Positions 8,263 to 17,994 are shown, numbered from the whole stretch's first letter. The stretch is DNA of 63,989 nt, filler included, from an uncultured bacterium (GCA_964609495.1; 5 parts of 5 records of this genome joined end to end with filler, not necessarily neighbours in it); one strand, 5' to 3'. Numbers and translations: made by a program. Notes: a model not told the origin generated them from the sequence alone.

Positions 8263-10725
8263 TTGAGGATACCGAGACGCTATAATCCAAAAGAAGCAGA
8301 GCCTAAATGGCAGAAATTCTGGGGAGATAACGGAATCTACAAGTTTGATCCAAAGGGCGATAAGCCGATCTATTCCATCGATACTCCTCCTCCAACCGTA
8401 TCTGGAGCGATACATATAGGGCATATATTCTCCTATGTCCAAGTCGATGCTGTTATCCGCTTCTGGCGGATGAAGGGTTATAACATCTTCTATCCCTTTG
8501 GCTTCGATGATAATGGATTGCCAACGGAGAGATTCGTTGAGAAGAAGATGGGGGTTAAAGCTCGCGATGTTCCCCGGGAAGAGTTCATAAAGATGTGCCT
8601 TGCTACTACCGAGGAGACGGAGAAAGAGTTCAAACGCCTATGGCAGAGTTTAGGATTAAGCGTTGATTGGTCGCTCATCTACTCGACTATAGACGACTAT
8701 GTTAGAAAGACCTCCCAGAGATCGTTCATAGAGCTATTTCAGAAGGGCGAGGTCTATAGGAAGCTAGCTCCTACGCTTTGGTGTCCCGAATGTCGCACCG
8801 CTATCGCTCAAGCTGAGACGGAGGATAAAGAAAAAACATCGAACTTCAACGATATTCTCTTCGAGTTAGACGACGGGAAGAAAGTTGCTATCGCTACCAC
8901 TAGGCCGGAGCTAATACCTGCCTGTGTAGCAGTTCTCGTTCATCCAAACGATGAACGATATACGGGATATATAGGAAGAAAGATGAAAGTTCCCCTCTCC
9001 GATAGAGAAGTCCCGATCATAACCGATGAGAAGGTGGATCCAGAGAAGGGGACTGGAGTAGTTATGTGCTGCACCTTTGGAGATATTACCGATGTTGAAT
9101 GGTGGCAGAAATACGATCTTGACCTGAGGATAGTGATCGACGAAAAGGGAATAATGAACGAGCTAGCCGATTCTTATCAAGGATTAGATCTTAAGGAAGC
9201 GCGTCGGGCTATAGTCAGAGATCTCAACGATGAGGGATTGCTAGCCTCACGGGAGGAGATCACCCATACCGTCAATGCCCACGAACGTTGTGGCACTGAT
9301 CTGGAGCTATTGGTTACTCCCCAATGGTTTATAAAGGTTCTCGATAAGAAGCAGGAATTACTTGAGATGGGCGATAAGATCAACTGGTATCCTGAGTTTA
9401 TGAAGGTTCGTTACGTCCACTGGGTAGAGAATCTCCAGTGGGATTGGTGTATCTCCCGCCAGCGGTATTATGGAGTTCCCTTCCCACTCTGGATATGTAA
9501 GGAGTGCGGAGAGATAATCTTAGCTGATGATGATCAACTGCCGGTCGATCCCACTGTCGCTTCCCCTAAAGAGCCTTGTCGTTGCGGAAGCACTGAGTTC
9601 GAGCCTGAGAGGGATATAATGGATACCTGGACTACCTCCTCTATGACTCCTCTTATAAATGCTCGTTGGAAGGAGGACGAGAAATTCTTCCCGAAGCTAT
9701 ATCCTATGGATCTACGTCCTCAAGCTCACGATATTATCCGCACCTGGGCTTTCTATACGATAATCAAGGGGATGTTACATACTGAAGATATCCCTTGGAG
9801 AGATATTATGATCTCAGGACATGCTTTAAGTCCTGGACGCAGGAAATTAAGCAAGTCAAAATTAAAGAAAGTGGAAGATGACGTAGCGGGTAATCCCAAG
9901 CTCGCTATCGAGAAATACTCGGCTGATGCGGTAAGATACTGGTCCTGTGGAACGAGATTGGGGACTGATTGTATCTTCAGTGAAGATGTGTTGAAGCAAG
10001 GTAAGAGGTTAGCTACTAAGCTCTGGAACGCCTCCAAGTTTGCTATAACTAATCTGGAAGACTACAACGGAGGAAAGCCTGATGAATTGCGGGATATAGA
10101 CAAGTGGATGCTAACCAAGCTCTCTCGAACCCTGGATAAGGTCAACAAGGGATTCGACTCTTATGAGTTCAGCATCGCTAGAGATGAGACGGAACATTTC
10201 TTCTGGCACTACCTATGCGATAACTATATAGAGATCATAAAGGAACGTTTGAATAAGCCAGGGATATATCCTGCTGAGGCTCGTCTTTCCGCCCAATATG
10301 GGCTATATCAAGCGGTGTTGAGTGTTCTGAAGATGATGTCTCCCTTTATGCCTCATCTCACCGAGGAGATATTCCATCTATACTTCTCGGAGAAGGAGAA
10401 CGAGGAGACCATTAATCTATCCCGCTGGCCAGAGGTAGAAGATGGCTGGTTCGATGAAGAAGCGGAGGAGTCAGGGGATCTAGCGGTGGAGGTTATTACC
10501 GCGGTTAGAAAGCGTAAATCGGAGGCGAATGTTTCGCTTAGAACGAAGGTAGCAGATTTAACCGTAGCTTGTTCCCTTGATTATGCGGAGAAATTAAAGC
10601 GGGTTTCTCTCGATATATTAGCTCCTTCTAATGCCGACGAAATCCTCTTTGTAGAGGAAGCGACCGAGGAATTTATGGATACCTCCGATCCCGAGATCAA
10701 GGTCAGGGTGAAATTGGAAGAGTGA
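8263..10725 (+). CDS. valS: Valine--tRNA ligase (short, type-2/archaeal-like)
   Basis: [48 protein letters not shown]. Confidence 0.96.
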   Translation: MRIPRRYNPKEAEPKWQKFWGDNGIYKFDPKGDKPIYSIDTPPPTVSGAIHIGHIFSYVQVDAVIRFWRMKGYNIFYPFGFDDNGLPTERFVEKKMGVKARDVPREEFIKMCLATTEETEKEFKRLWQSLGLSVDWSLIYSTIDDYVRKTSQRSFIELFQKGEVYRKLAPTLWCPECRTAIAQAETEDKEKTSNFNDILFELDDGKKVAIATTRPELIPACVAVLVHPNDERYTGYIGRKMKVPLSDREVPIITDEKVDPEKGTGVVMCCTFGDITDVEWWQKYDLDLRIVIDEKGIMNELADSYQGLDLKEARRAIVRDLNDEGLLASREEITHTVNAHERCGTDLELLVTPQWFIKVLDKKQELLEMGDKINWYPEFMKVRYVHWVENLQWDWCISRQRYYGVPFPLWICKECGEIILADDDQLPVDPTVASPKEPCRCGSTEFEPERDIMDTWTTSSMTPLINARWKEDEKFFPKLYPMDLRPQAHDIIRTWAFYTIIKGMLHTEDIPWRDIMISGHALSPGRRKLSKSKLKKVEDDVAGNPKLAIEKYSADAVRYWSCGTRLGTDCIFSEDVLKQGKRLATKLWNASKFAITNLEDYNGGKPDELRDIDKWMLTKLSRTLDKVNKGFDSYEFSIARDETEHFFWHYLCDNYIEIIKERLNKPGIYPAEARLSAQYGLYQAVLSVLKMMSPFMPHLTEEIFHLYFSEKENEETINLSRWPEVEDGWFDEEAEESGDLAVEVITAVRKRKSEANVSLRTKVADLTVACSLDYAEKLKRVSLDILAPSNADEILFVEEATEEFMDTSDPEIKVRVKLEE

Positions 10726-10739
10726 AAAAAAACATCTCA

Positions 10740-10918
10740 TCCTCCCCCTAACCCCTCCCATCTTGGTTCTTGCTGAATTAATAAGGCTATCGAAGAATCT
10801 TGTTAATTACCACCCTCTCCCTAACCCCCTCCCATCAAGGGAGGGGAAAGTCAAAGATCAAGGAAGCCTCTCAATTACGTTCCCTCTCCCCTCGTGGGAG
10901 AGGATAGGGTGAGGGGGT
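10740..10918 (-). repeat. Family A repeat
   Basis: CCCTAACCCCCTCCCATCAAGGGAGGGG and GTTCCCTCTCCCCTCGTGGGAGAGGATAGGGTGAGGGG; mirrors 1-150. Confidence 0.9.
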
Positions 10919-10977
10919 AATACGAAGTATAGACTATTATATCTTGAGCTAATAATCGATTTAAAGGAGAAAGCGGG

Positions 10978-11922
10978 TTGAAGAGATTAATCTGGCAGGT
11001 AGCGAGAATAATTATTAGTGTGTCCTTAATAGCCTATATCTTCTACAAGATCGGTCTCTCAAATCTATGGGGCGCGTTAAGCTCCGCCCACCTAGGCTAT
11101 CTGATAATAGCTTTGCTTCTCCATCTTGTAGGTTTATTGATCAGTGCCTATCGCTGGCAGATGCTCCTAGTAGGTCAAGGAATAGAGTTCTCTTTGAAGG
11201 ATATAATAGCTATGTATCTAGTGGGGTTATTCTTTAACACCTTCCTTCCCACCAGCATAGGAGGAGATGTCGTTCGAGCTTATGATACTGCTAGGTTCAG
11301 TCGAAGAGGGGCTAAATCGGTGACTACAGTGATAGTGGAGAGATTAATTGGGATTTTTTCCCTGATAGCGATCGCGGGGATAGCTTTATTGTGGAGTTCG
11401 AGGTGGTTAAGGGATATAAGAATAGCCTGGATAATCCTTATATGCGCCGTGATATTTATCCTGATCCCCTTTATTCTACTGAATAGATCGATCTCGCGCA
11501 AAGTTGGATTATTATTCGATCTGCCTTTTCTCAAGAGGGTTAAAGGAAAGGTTCAGCAGGTATATGAAGCGATAGATGTTTATCGAGAGAGAAAGGATAT
11601 AGTCGCTGAGGTGCTACTTCTATCCTTTCTCTTACAGCTAAATGTTATCCTCTACTATTATGTAATAGCTCTATCTCTAGGTATAAACTTATCTTTCATT
11701 TACTTCTGTCTGTTCGTTCCTGTAATCTTAGTTATCTCGATGCTTCCTATCTCTATAAGTGGATTGGGGATAAGGGAGAATGCCTTTGCTCTATTCTTCG
11801 CTCCTCTGATACAACCTCCAGAGGTGGCATTTGCCGCCGCGGTATCGTTGTCCTTGTTGGGATATATCGTGCAGGTGGTGTTTAATTCCATTGGGGGGGT
11901 GGTATATATGCTCCGAAAGTAG
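10978..11922 (+). CDS. Lysylphosphatidylglycerol synthase-TM / UPF0104 flippase-like membrane protein
   Basis: RWQMLL, FFNTFLPTSIGGDVVR, VERLIG, LPISISGLGIRE; multiple TM helices. Confidence 0.88.
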   Translation: MKRLIWQVARIIISVSLIAYIFYKIGLSNLWGALSSAHLGYLIIALLLHLVGLLISAYRWQMLLVGQGIEFSLKDIIAMYLVGLFFNTFLPTSIGGDVVRAYDTARFSRRGAKSVTTVIVERLIGIFSLIAIAGIALLWSSRWLRDIRIAWIILICAVIFILIPFILLNRSISRKVGLLFDLPFLKRVKGKVQQVYEAIDVYRERKDIVAEVLLLSFLLQLNVILYYYVIALSLGINLSFIYFCLFVPVILVISMLPISISGLGIRENAFALFFAPLIQPPEVAFAAAVSLSLLGYIVQVVFNSIGGVVYMLRK

Positions 11923-12013
11923 CCGAGAATCGGGGGTTTCCTTTTTAGAGAGTATATGTTACAATTAGGTGGATATATTTTTAGTTAAGGAATAGAAAGG
12001 AGGTGTTTAAATT

Positions 12014-12877
12014 ATGAGGAGATATATTTTTCTCATCTTGTTATCGGTTATCCTAATATCAGGGATGGTTTCATCTGCTCTAACGGCAGAGGAGAAGAAA
12101 TCCGAAGATGAAACGGCAGTCTTGGAATTGGAGGGCGAAGCGCCACCGGGTATGGTCTTTGTGCCAGCAGGGGAGTTTCTGATGGGGAAGGATGAAGGAG
12201 ATGATGAGAAGCCACTGCATAAGGTCTATGTAGATGCGTTCTTCATAGATAAGTATGAGGTGACGTATGCAGAATATGCGGAGTTCGTGGAAGCAGGAGG
12301 ATATAGTAACAAGAGTTATTGGAGCGAGGAGGGATGGAGCTGGAAGGAGGAGAATTATATAACTGAGCCAGCATATTGGAACGATAGCACCTACAACCAG
12401 CCGAATTATCCGATGGTGGGGATAAATTGGTATGAAGCGGAGGCTTATACTAGGTGGTGTGGGAAGAGATTGCCGACGGAAGCGGAATGGGAGAAAGCTG
12501 CGAGAGGGACAGATGGGAGAAGATGGCCTTGGGGAGAAGACTTTGAAAGTGATAAGGCGAATATAATTGGAACAGAAGATGGATACGAATATACAGCTCC
12601 GGTGGGGAGCTACCCCTTAGGAGTGAGTCCCTATGGCTGTTATGATATGGCGGGGAATGTGTGGGAGTGGTGTGCGGATTGGTATGAGGCTGGATATTAT
12701 GCGAATTCTCCGAGTGAGAATCCCAAGGGTCCTGATAGTGGGAGTTCACGAGTTATTCGTGGTGGCTCGTGGTTCAACTATTTGGAGTTCAGTCGGTGTG
12801 CCGATCGTAACTACAACTTTCCCAATTATAGGAACAACATCCTAGGTTTTCGTTGCGTCCTGTCAGTAGCCCCTTGA
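12014..12877 (+). CDS. Secreted FGE-sulfatase/SUMF1 (C-type lectin fold) domain protein; candidate DGR target
   Basis: Signal peptide; MVFVPAGEFLMG, FFIDKYEVT, RLPTEAEWEKAARG, DMAGNVWEW, RGGSW...GFRC. Confidence 0.9.
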   Translation: MRRYIFLILLSVILISGMVSSALTAEEKKSEDETAVLELEGEAPPGMVFVPAGEFLMGKDEGDDEKPLHKVYVDAFFIDKYEVTYAEYAEFVEAGGYSNKSYWSEEGWSWKEENYITEPAYWNDSTYNQPNYPMVGINWYEAEAYTRWCGKRLPTEAEWEKAARGTDGRRWPWGEDFESDKANIIGTEDGYEYTAPVGSYPLGVSPYGCYDMAGNVWEWCADWYEAGYYANSPSENPKGPDSGSSRVIRGGSWFNYLEFSRCADRNYNFPNYRNNILGFRCVLSVAP

Positions 12878-12914
12878 TATTTGTGTTATTGGGCTCTTAA
12901 ATGTTAATTTTTCC

Positions 12915-12950
12915 TATCGGTGAGGAAGAATCCAAAATTCCTCACCGATA
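12915..12950. other. Perfect 13-bp inverted repeat (hairpin/cruciform) downstream of FGE gene
   Basis: TATCGGTGAGGAA-10 nt-TTCCTCACCGATA. Confidence 0.75.
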
Positions 12951-13090
12951 TTATTGATCCCAGTTAGAGCTTCCTCTTTCCCCCTCTTAACCCACCTTTT
13001 GAAACTTTTCCCCTTTAATAAACTATGATAGAATAGATTTCTTGATATCTACTTGCTTAATAAGTTAGAATCGGAAGGAGGGGCGATAAG

Positions 13091-13309
13091 ATGAAAAATT
13101 TGGGGATTATCCTGTTGCTGATCGGTCTCGCTATAGTCATAATCTATGCAGGTTATCACTTCATCATCGGTTTCCTCCTAGCTTCAAATATACCAGTCAT
13201 ATTGAGGATAGCTGTTACAGTGATGATATTGGGAGTCATCTTTATTCTCATAGCTCTAATTAGCGAGAGGGTTAAGGAGAAAGATAAATTTAAGGGGGTG
13301 GAAAGATGA
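13091..13309 (+). CDS. Small two-TM membrane protein
   Basis: GGAGG RBS, two hydrophobic helices, ATGA overlap with next gene. Confidence 0.75.
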   Translation: MKNLGIILLLIGLAIVIIYAGYHFIIGFLLASNIPVILRIAVTVMILGVIFILIALISERVKEKDKFKGVER

Positions 13310-13620
13310 TAATCACAACCTCGGAAAATATCGAGGGAAAGAAGATAGTGAGGACTTTAGGATTAGTTAGAGGGAATACGATCAGAGCTAGGCATATAGG
13401 AATGGATATCGTTGCCGGCTTGAGGAATATAGTGGGAGGAGAAGTGAAGGAATACACGAAATTGCTAGCCGAGTCCAGGAATGAGGCTTCGGAGAGAATG
13501 ATCGAACAGGCGGAGAAGATGGGAGCTAACGCGATAATAGCGGTTCGATTTGCCACCTCTCAAGTGATGCAGAATGCCGCTGAGATGCTGGTTTATGGCA
13601 CTGCGGTAGTGGTCGAATAA
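13306..13620 (+). CDS. UPF0145/YbjQ family protein
   Basis: MIITTSENIEGKKI, GLRNIVGGEVKEYT, GANAIIAVRF, YGTAV. Confidence 0.93.
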   Translation: MIITTSENIEGKKIVRTLGLVRGNTIRARHIGMDIVAGLRNIVGGEVKEYTKLLAESRNEASERMIEQAEKMGANAIIAVRFATSQVMQNAAEMLVYGTAVVVE

Positions 13621-13780
13621 TAAGGATAAAGAGCATATTGATCTTTATCCCTTGATCGCTTATACTTGGAGCTAGTGTCATTCCCGTCGCTTCCGCTCCA
13701 AGTATAATAAAACTTTATTGATTTTATAGACAGTTATGGTCTTTTATAGTCATATATTATGTTGAATGGATTATCATAAT

Positions 13781-13809
13781 TTGACAAAGTTCTACTTTTA
13801 TAGTATAAT
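13781..13809 (+). promoter_or_regulatory. Sigma70-type promoter of TA operon
   Basis: TTGACA-17 nt-TATAAT, perfect consensus. Confidence 0.8.
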
Positions 13810-13873
13810 TCGGTTAATTATAACTGGGTAAGCAACTTGGCGTCCAGGTTGTTCCAGTAAGGAGATTCTAAAT

Positions 13874-14110
13874 ATGGCAAGGATAACCAAGACCATTACC
13901 ATATCTCTTCCTCCAGAGATGGCCGAGAAGATAGAGGAACTAATGAAAAAAGAAGGAAAAACAAGAAGCGAACTTTTTAGAGAGGCATTGAGAAGATACT
14001 TTGAAGAACAAGAGTGGAAGGAAATTTTAAGATATGGGAGAATGAAGGCAAAAGAAAAAGGAATTAGTGAAGACCAAGTAGAAGATATTGTTGATGCCTA
14101 CCGTAAATAA
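13874..14110 (+). CDS. CopG/ribbon-helix-helix antitoxin
   Basis: TITISLPPEM...TRSELFREALRRY; overlaps PIN gene. Confidence 0.88.
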   Translation: MARITKTITISLPPEMAEKIEELMKKEGKTRSELFREALRRYFEEQEWKEILRYGRMKAKEKGISEDQVEDIVDAYRK

Positions 14111-14534
14111 GAAGCTGAAGGTAGTAATAAATACTAATGTTTTTATCTCGGGTCTAAATTTCGCTGGGAAACCAAGCGAGGTTTTAGAGTTGTTTATCAA
14201 AGAGGAAATAGAAGTTTATATTTCCCCCTTTATTTTAAGGGAGCTGGAGAGGATCCTTAGGGAAAAATTTGAATGGGACGAGGAAAGGATCACGAGAGTT
14301 CTAAGTTACATAAAAGAAAAAGCGATTGAAGTTCAACCTAAATTCAAACTTTCAGTAATTAAAAAGAAAGGAGAGGACAACAGAATCCTTGAATGCGCTC
14401 TTGAAGGGAGGGTTCAATATATTATCTCTGGTGATAAACGCCATATCTTGCCATTGAAAGAGTATGAAGGGATAAAGATTCTGTCACCAACTGAGTTTTT
14501 AAGGCTTTTTGAATTAAACTTCACACCTCCTTAA
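14094..14534 (+). CDS. PIN-domain toxin (VapC-like, TIGR00305 type)
   Basis: VVINTNVFISGL, EDNRILECA, IISGDKRHILPL, ILSPTEF. Confidence 0.88.
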   Translation: MPTVNKKLKVVINTNVFISGLNFAGKPSEVLELFIKEEIEVYISPFILRELERILREKFEWDEERITRVLSYIKEKAIEVQPKFKLSVIKKKGEDNRILECALEGRVQYIISGDKRHILPLKEYEGIKILSPTEFLRLFELNFTPP

Positions 14535-14547
14535 TATCAAAACATTA

Positions 14548-14606
14548 GTGAATTCAAGATATAAATTTCCCCCTCACTCTATCCCTCTCCCACGAGGGGA
14601 GAGGGG
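14548..14606 (+). repeat. Family A repeat truncated at contig end
   Basis: TTCAAGATAT..CCCCCTCACTCTATCCCTCTCCCACGAGGGGAGAGGGG followed by Ns. Confidence 0.85.
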
Positions 14607-14706
14607 NNNNNNNNNNNNNNNNNNNNNNNNNNNNNNNNNNNNNNNNNNNNTTAATTAATTAANNNNNNNNNNNNNNNNNNNNNNNNNNNNNNNNNNNNNN
14701 NNNNNN
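14607..14706. other. Artificial contig linker
   Basis: 44 N + TTAATTAATTAA (stops in all six frames) + 44 N. Confidence 0.97.
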
Positions 14707-15933
14707 TGGATGGATAAACGCACTATTCCCCAATGCGATGCTATATTGAAAAAGATAAGTCGAGAAGAGCTATTTAAGATAACAGGTCTGAGGCTCGATC
14801 CTGCTTTCTCACTAGCTAAGTTACTATGGATAAGGGAAAATCAGGCCGATATATATAAGCGGACTTATAAATTCCTTCAGGCTGAGGATTACATATTATC
14901 TAAATTATCTGGTGAATTTGTTACCGAACAGTCGGTAGCCTCTCGCACTATGCTTTTAGATGTATCCGATAGAGATTGGTCATCAGCTATATCGGATAAA
15001 TTCTCAATAGAGCAGGAGAAACTTCCCCAGCTTTTAGAACCAGGGACTCCCTTGGGAAAGATCAGGAAAGAGACCGCTTCCGAGTTGGGATTAAATTCAG
15101 AGATGATGGTGATCGCTGGAGGAGGGGATCAGCAGTGTGCCGCCTTAGGAGTGGGAGCGATAACTCCTGATATAGTCAGCATCGGTCTGGGAACTGCCTC
15201 AGCTTTGAGCATCACTTTGGATAAGCCTATCTTAGATGGGAAGATGGAGATTCCCTGCTGTTGCGCCGCCGCAGCAGGGAAATGGGAATTTGAACCGCCG
15301 ATATGGACTACTGGAGCCCTTCTCAGATGGTTCAGAGACAACTTAGGGACTGACGAGATAGAATCCGCTCAAAAGCGAGGTATCGATCCCTACGAAGTCA
15401 TGACCAAGGAAGCCGAATCGATCTCCCCAGGTGCAGAGGGATTGATAACTCTGCCCTACTTTATGGGAGCAGGTGCGCCCAATTGGAACTCTCAAGCTCG
15501 AGGAGCTATCATTGGTCTTACCCTAGGGCATAATAGAGCTCATATAATTCGTTCCCTTATGGAAGCGGTAGCCTATGAGATCTCTTTGAATATAGAGACG
15601 ATAGAGGAATTAGGCAACGAAATAAAGGAGATCGCTCTAAGTGGAGGAGGATCCCGTAGCACCCTCTGGCAGAAAATAATTTGTGATGTCACTGGTAAAG
15701 AGATAAGCCTTCCCTCGACTGAGGATGCACCATCCTTAGGAGTGGCGATGTTAGCCAGTGTAGGAGTCGGTCTCTATCCCGATCTCAAAACCGCTGGCGA
15801 GAATATGACCTCGGTTAAGGGTAGGGTTTATGCTGATGAAGATAGGAGAAAGATATATAATAGATTGCTTAAAGTATATAGAACCGCCTATAGCGGATTA
15901 CTCGATACCTTCTCCAAGTTCAACCAGTTATAA
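14707..15933 (+). CDS. FGGY-family carbohydrate kinase (xylulokinase-like), 5'-truncated by contig edge
   Basis: WMDKR, KLLWIRE, ASRTMLLD, AGGGDQQCAALG, LGTA, PYFMGAGAPNWN, SGGGSRS. Confidence 0.88.
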   Translation, partial: WMDKRTIPQCDAILKKISREELFKITGLRLDPAFSLAKLLWIRENQADIYKRTYKFLQAEDYILSKLSGEFVTEQSVASRTMLLDVSDRDWSSAISDKFSIEQEKLPQLLEPGTPLGKIRKETASELGLNSEMMVIAGGGDQQCAALGVGAITPDIVSIGLGTASALSITLDKPILDGKMEIPCCCAAAAGKWEFEPPIWTTGALLRWFRDNLGTDEIESAQKRGIDPYEVMTKEAESISPGAEGLITLPYFMGAGAPNWNSQARGAIIGLTLGHNRAHIIRSLMEAVAYEISLNIETIEELGNEIKEIALSGGGSRSTLWQKIICDVTGKEISLPSTEDAPSLGVAMLASVGVGLYPDLKTAGENMTSVKGRVYADEDRRKIYNRLLKVYRTAYSGLLDTFSKFNQL

Positions 15934-15983
15934 AAGGAAACTTTTGCAGTCAATAAAACTCAAGGTTCAAAAGTTTCCTTTTT
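15932..15983. repeat. Family B miniature inverted-repeat element (short form)
   Basis: AAAAGGAAACTTTTG...CAAAAGTTTCCTTTT terminal inverted repeats. Confidence 0.85.
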
Positions 15984-16025
15984 AAGGGGGAGCAAGCCCC
16001 CTTCTATACAAGGAGGAAGGAGGCT

Positions 16026-16364
16026 ATGTACCTTTTAGTAGCTGTGTTCAAAGAGAAACACCTAGATGAGGTCCTAACGTCTTTCCTTGAGAATGGTATT
16101 ACGGGAGCAACTATCTTGGATAGCGTAGGTATAGGAAGAGCTACCGATGAGGATGAGGATATTCCCATTCTAGTGAGGTTAAAACATAGATCGTGGAGAA
16201 ATAGGCCTTATAACCAAACAGTATTCTCCGTCCTCGAGAGCGAGGAAGAGGTAGAGTTAGCTATGCAGATCTTAAAGGATATCTGTGGGGATTTCACTGT
16301 GCCTGGAACGGGTATAGCCTTCTCCATCCCTATTCATAGAGTTGAAGGCATGCCCCGTAAATAG
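16026..16364 (+). CDS. PII-like signalling protein
   Basis: GITGATILDSVGIG, PYNQTVFSV, PGTGIAFSIPI; 112 aa. Confidence 0.8.
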   Translation: MYLLVAVFKEKHLDEVLTSFLENGITGATILDSVGIGRATDEDEDIPILVRLKHRSWRNRPYNQTVFSVLESEEEVELAMQILKDICGDFTVPGTGIAFSIPIHRVEGMPRK

Positions 16365-16374
16365 GAAGATAATC

Positions 16375-16884
16375 ATGAAGAGAAACAGGAAGATCATAAG
16401 GATAATCGAAACCTTCGCATTTTTAATATTATTTTGGTTGCTCTGCACTCTCAATCTGAGTCCTTCTTCCCTCATATTGGGTATATCCTTCTCCCTGATA
16501 ATAGCTATTTTCACCTATGATATATTTATAGACGAGTCCGAGCTAATAGGAAGGAAGAGCTTTATTCCCAGAGTTGAGCTTCTGCTTGTCTACTTCTTCG
16601 TCCTATTATATGAGATGTTTCTGGGCAGTATAGATGTAGCTTATCGGACTATAACTATGGATATTAATCCTGGGGTGGTAAGGATCAAGACGAGGCTCCA
16701 GTCAGACCTAGCTGCGACGATCTTAGCTAATTCGATCACTCTAACCCCTGGAACGATAACCTTAGATATGGAGGGAGATTACCTCTATATCCACTGGATA
16801 AATGTTGAGACCTCTCATATGAACAGGGCGGGAGAATTAATAAAATCCCGCTTTGAAATGTGGTTGAAGAGGATATTTGAATAG
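16375..16884 (+). CDS. mrpE: Na+/H+ antiporter subunit E (MbhA-like)
   Basis: INPGVVRIKTRL, LANSITLTPGTITLD, LYIHW. Confidence 0.92.
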   Translation: MKRNRKIIRIIETFAFLILFWLLCTLNLSPSSLILGISFSLIIAIFTYDIFIDESELIGRKSFIPRVELLLVYFFVLLYEMFLGSIDVAYRTITMDINPGVVRIKTRLQSDLAATILANSITLTPGTITLDMEGDYLYIHWINVETSHMNRAGELIKSRFEMWLKRIFE

Positions 16885-16902
16885 CTAAGGGGATTTTGAG
16901 AT

Positions 16903-17160
16903 ATGATAAACTTGATAATTATAGTATTAATATTATCTTCGATAGCCTGTCTATATCGAGTGCTCCTAGGCCCCACTCCCCCGGATAGGGTAGTGGGATT
17001 AAGCGTTATGACCTCCAATGTAACAGCCCTCCTGGTCGTTCTAGGCTTGAGCTTCGAGCGTCATATATATCTGGATGTAGCTCTAGTATATGCTATGCTC
17101 AGTTTTATCAGTGTTATCGCGATCTCAAAATATCTGGAGAGGAGGGAATTTCACGAATGA
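16903..17160 (+). CDS. mrpF: Na+/H+ antiporter subunit F (MbhB-like)
   Basis: YRVLLGPTPPDRVVG, YLDVALVYAMLSFI..ISKYL. Confidence 0.92.
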   Translation: MINLIIIVLILSSIACLYRVLLGPTPPDRVVGLSVMTSNVTALLVVLGLSFERHIYLDVALVYAMLSFISVIAISKYLERREFHE

Positions 17161-17468
17161 TCATAATAAATATCCTATTAGGGATCGGTATATTGCTTAT
17201 GATCTTTGGAACTATCGGGATCTTAAGGTTTCCCGATGTCTATACCAGAATGCATGCCAGCTCGAAGTGTGGAGTAGCAGGGATCATAGTTCTATTTATA
17301 GGCTTAGCTCTCCTAGCGATCAGGGAAGGATTTACCGCCTCCTCGATCAAGATAATTCTAATAGCTTTATTTATCTTGGTAACCTCCCCTGTTGCCTCTC
17401 ATGCCACAGCTAGGGCGGCTCTCTTCGAGGGAATAGAGCCCTGGCATAAGTCGGGGAACAGGAAGTAG
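17157..17468 (+). CDS. mrpG: Na+/H+ antiporter subunit G (MbhC-like)
   Basis: GILRFPDVYTRMHASSK, TSPVASHATARAA. Confidence 0.92.
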   Translation: MIIINILLGIGILLMIFGTIGILRFPDVYTRMHASSKCGVAGIIVLFIGLALLAIREGFTASSIKIILIALFILVTSPVASHATARAALFEGIEPWHKSGNRK

Positions 17469-17479
17469 AAGCGAAGCTT

Positions 17480-17722
17480 ATGATAAAATTTACAGTCCAA
17501 TTATTTCTAATCGCTCTAGTCATAATGGCTATAGCAGCGATTGAGATGAAAGATCTCTTGAATTCGGCTATCGTTCTGGCGACCTTTAATTTAACTTTAT
17601 CCTTCATCTTTTATTATCTTCATGCCCCAGATGTAGCTATCGCGGAGGCTGCGATCGGAGCTGGGGCTGGAACAGCCATCTTCGTCATAGCTATAAGTAA
17701 AACCGAGAGGAAGGAGAAATGA
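17480..17722 (+). CDS. DUF4040 / MbhD-like antiporter subunit
   Basis: HAPDVAIAEAAIGAG. Confidence 0.88.
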   Translation: MIKFTVQLFLIALVIMAIAAIEMKDLLNSAIVLATFNLTLSFIFYYLHAPDVAIAEAAIGAGAGTAIFVIAISKTERKEK

Positions 17723-17994
17723 GCAGAATCCCTTCGATAATCGTCATATTCGTATTGGGATTACTCTTCTGGCAAGCGTTCGATCTCTCCTATGGGGAAG
17801 GAGTAGAGGGTATATCGGATTATTATATAGAGCAGGGGATCAAAGATACTGGCTCTATAAATATCGTAACCGCTATTATCTTGAACTATAGAGCCTATGA
17901 TACGCTAGGAGAGACGATGATCCTCTTTGCCGCGATAACTGGAGTAGCGGCCCTAGCTTTGAAGGGGGTCAAAACTGATGTCAACGATAATTAG
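17719..17994 (+). CDS. MbhE-like antiporter subunit
   Basis: NIVTAIILNYRAYDTLGE. Confidence 0.88.
   Translation: MSRIPSIIVIFVLGLLFWQAFDLSYGEGVEGISDYYIEQGIKDTGSINIVTAIILNYRAYDTLGETMILFAAITGVAALALKGVKTDVNDN

Noticed and set aside
12014-12877. Formylglycine-generating enzyme activity
   Set aside because: The catalytic Cys pair after RGGS is absent and no sulfatase is adjacent; a binding-domain role fits better.
13660-13707. TATACTTGGAGC...GCTCCAAGTATA inverted repeat as a mobile-element end
   Set aside because: Single copy directly downstream of the YbjQ-family gene; most simply a terminator-like hairpin.
14651-14662. TTAATTAATTAA palindrome recurring four times at ~14-kb spacing
   Set aside because: Always centred in N-runs of identical length, so it is a synthetic contig spacer rather than a biological periodic motif.
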